Assembly: GCA_024275655.1 (NCBI GenBank) | Contig: JAJRYR010000040.1 | Span: 1-53,177 of the forward strand | Length of the DNA: 53,177 nt | DNA from: an archaeon | GTDB taxonomy: Archaea; B1Sed10-29; WALL01; WAMD01 | Direction: 5' to 3' | Shown: piece by piece, positions 52,301 to 53,177 of the stretch | Layout: every line of letters begins with the position of its first letter | Position numbering within the stretch: position 1 is the stretch's first letter | Made by a program: the position numbers and the translations under genes | Notes under the pieces: model-generated | Databases searched by the model: none | What the model saw: only the letters and a program-made list of their open reading frames with translations | What the model was told of the DNA's origin: nothing

Positions 52301-53177
52301 TTTTTTACTCAATAAAGTTGCAAGATCATTTAAATCATCTTGATAGGTTTGCCTGAACTCCTTAATTTTGTTTAGTCTCTTTTCTTTGTCTTCTATCTCA
52401 TCAATTTTCTTTAACTCTGTTTTTAATTTACTTAATTTACTCTTGATCTCGCTATTTGTCTTGATTTCACTCAAAATGCTATCTAATGACTCTTTTACAG
52501 AATCATCCAAATTATCAACAACTATATCTCCAAATCTTCCCTGCCAACTTTTAATCAAATTCCTCGCCTGACTCTCTGCTACGGGTGATCCTTGAGTAGC
52601 TAGTATAGAAACGACAGTGCTTTCATCTCCGCTCACAAGTGCAGCAACAAATGTTCTTTTTTGACTATTATCCAACTGCTGGACATAACCCCTGATGTTA
52701 TCTGGGAGATTATTAATTACCTTATCTATTTTGTTGTTGTCTGCATTATCTATCAAGATCTCCATAATTTTCTTTTTATTCGTTGTAATTGCTATATCCG
52801 TCAACCCATCGATCTCATTTACTGCTCTCTTAACATCAGAAATATCATCACTGCCCCCAATTATAAAGTTCTTCAATTTCTTCATGCTCATTCGTAACTT
52901 ATCCTTCGGGGCCTGCAACACCTTCTCCTTGTTAGTTATAAAATCTCCACCCTTTCTGAAACCCCTAAAGATATTCACTATCCCACCAATCATGAAGGCG
53001 GCTTGGGCAACGGCCTCAAACTGGGCCAGATTCTTTAACTGGGACATGAAATACATGTAGGTTTTTGGTATGACAAAGATCTGGGAACCAGCTGGAGCAG
53101 CTAAGGAAACAACATACTTGTGGCTTCTTATCCTGGACATCCCAATGTCAACGCTTCCAAACGGATCCCCTGCGTCC
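49328..53177 (-). CDS. Giant protein (>1282 aa; N-terminus outside the window) with internal hydrophobic segments and a C-terminal TM anchor, hypothetical
   Basis: The frame stays open from the ATG at 53140 to the window edge (..DAGDPFGSVDIGMSRIR..). The C-terminus PVPPVVPTVPESDLVWYIMAIVLGLASVYIMKKGVRRTL is a Pro-rich stalk, a TM segment and a basic tail. Cys cluster CVRTGKCERPPCEQVCAKC. Confidence 0.7.
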   Translation of the reverse strand, partial: DAGDPFGSVDIGMSRIRSHKYVVSLAAPAGSQIFVIPKTYMYFMSQLKNLAQFEAVAQAAFMIGGIVNIFRGFRKGGDFITNKEKVLQAPKDKLRMSMKKLKNFIIGGSDDISDVKRAVNEIDGLTDIAITTNKKKIMEILIDNADNNKIDKVINNLPDNIRGYVQQLDNSQKRTFVAALVSGDESTVVSILATQGSPVAESQARNLIKSWQGRFGDIVVDNLDDSVKESLDSILSEIKTNSEIKSKLSKLKTELKKIDEIEDKEKRLNKIKEFRQTYQDDLNDLATLLSKKSAAYDVALENEALITKLGIYGSPSDIEVAKAFSGIVASSAPKSVVGEWLVGKYGLIPSDYISTVLRARTISLAGTFLRSYLKGLYYVGRPITALAWGLQTFSILTMMNGYLEMSPPGFTLEWDPTTTGDLFTKQSYILVKGTPSSIPGMYSAGAFGSLGARELASFLLSLGIDPVLAGKYSEFGDYLIFGYDFNPSAYASVIRIEEEGKPTGITRIVKTNNGYLMRMANWRQSGISVLEDPTTMKPVGNNTLLTSVALITSGADIYGYIYGNPDQIKTQFPITWTFAEKLSDFGFLSQAVTTASIIYLWPNVPRFKTVIGATLITGLSRAMSTGAEQLVTAKATDMRALEECVRTGKCERPPCEQVCAKCQGELAAMSTYMVASGVAQTVMDYSGVLAPVSFALGVVDMIVLEGGIPTPGGGIKLFEGKLEKTNRCLNELLTCDERNFIIIAGTQIRDPSVIQAEQEQAGALKDLPGLDQLPVEDLLKGFENMSSPINVDQEQLHIHGEFYNATGRVALRDIYYLHIIDATIDFLANAFPFHMCGLTDEETIQECVDIQGNTLTYGNTTITNALIPFKWIDTELPAMIIPNTAVYVNVSDSSDCAVFSVSPDNLQPTFNQDITTKFDSLNFTDLERVFGNLRVINLDEGSIYSSAAIDGKVRLEFDRNDGGYEETEQPVWLTRSGKLIFTNLENKTEELNFRSAVFAGGVIVRKGDTIYILPRYFKPSITGLQWRDLVGTKPFQSLDGQSPTAVDELGNILGIDATNTRIPGADKLGIITAVSGYKDLNGDGKIQDNEKVGWRFYKVGNQTYFDLYYNGQKETYRGDQVEISPDGTIRIYEEGKPHTDAYLLREISTRVDELGRTLMTIKDGKGNTLLEDALITWLKGTGGSIQYNPDTNNYVFVNGQPIELNNEFKTNGFNAVTGMPDPPLLQPSAVHGEKPWEKAEKESPVPPVVPTVPESDLVWYIMAIVLGLASVYIMKKGVRRTL

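Overview
This is a gene-dense archaeal chromosomal window. Intergenic gaps are short, many start/stop codons overlap (ATGA, TAATG), TATA-like boxes sit about 25-30 nt upstream of starts, and GGAGG/GGTG Shine-Dalgarno-like sites are common. Proteins are rich in Lys/Glu/Ile and the tRNA stems are GC-rich, which suggests a thermophile. I cannot assign a lineage without a database search. All product calls rest on motifs I recognise in the translations; no search was run.

Bases 1-32.9 kb hold mostly housekeeping genes: PAN, S8e, Taw1, MBF1, PheRS alpha and beta, PEP synthase, L40e, the L21e-Rpo4-DUF655-KsgA operon, RibK, a cysteine synthase-CysRS pair and UppS. There are five intron-less tRNA genes without encoded CCA: Glu-UUC, Ala-GGC, Leu-GAG, Val-GAC and Ala-CGC.

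Bases 32.9-48.0 kb form one co-directional, translationally coupled type IV filament (Epd/Tad-like) supercluster. It holds five pilin-like genes with class III signal peptides and two secretion ATPases. One ATPase has a natural Walker A Lys->Arg change; the other carries an N-terminal four-cluster ferredoxin domain. Each ATPase is followed by two half-size platform genes. The cluster also encodes a 1440-aa secreted protein and a DUF192 protein. A second giant protein (more than 1270 aa, C-terminally anchored) converges on the cluster from the right edge of the window.

Other notable items:
- a single-repeat (half-size) TBP gene
- an apparent RaSEA-ArcS fusion
- an RsmF-like methyltransferase split from its PUA-like domain by one TAG codon
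- a duplicated tRNA-Leu 3' end separated from the gene by a hairpin-rich spacer
- a G-quadruplex-capable tract inside a terminator hairpin

I saw no rRNA genes, CRISPR arrays, transposases or integrases.
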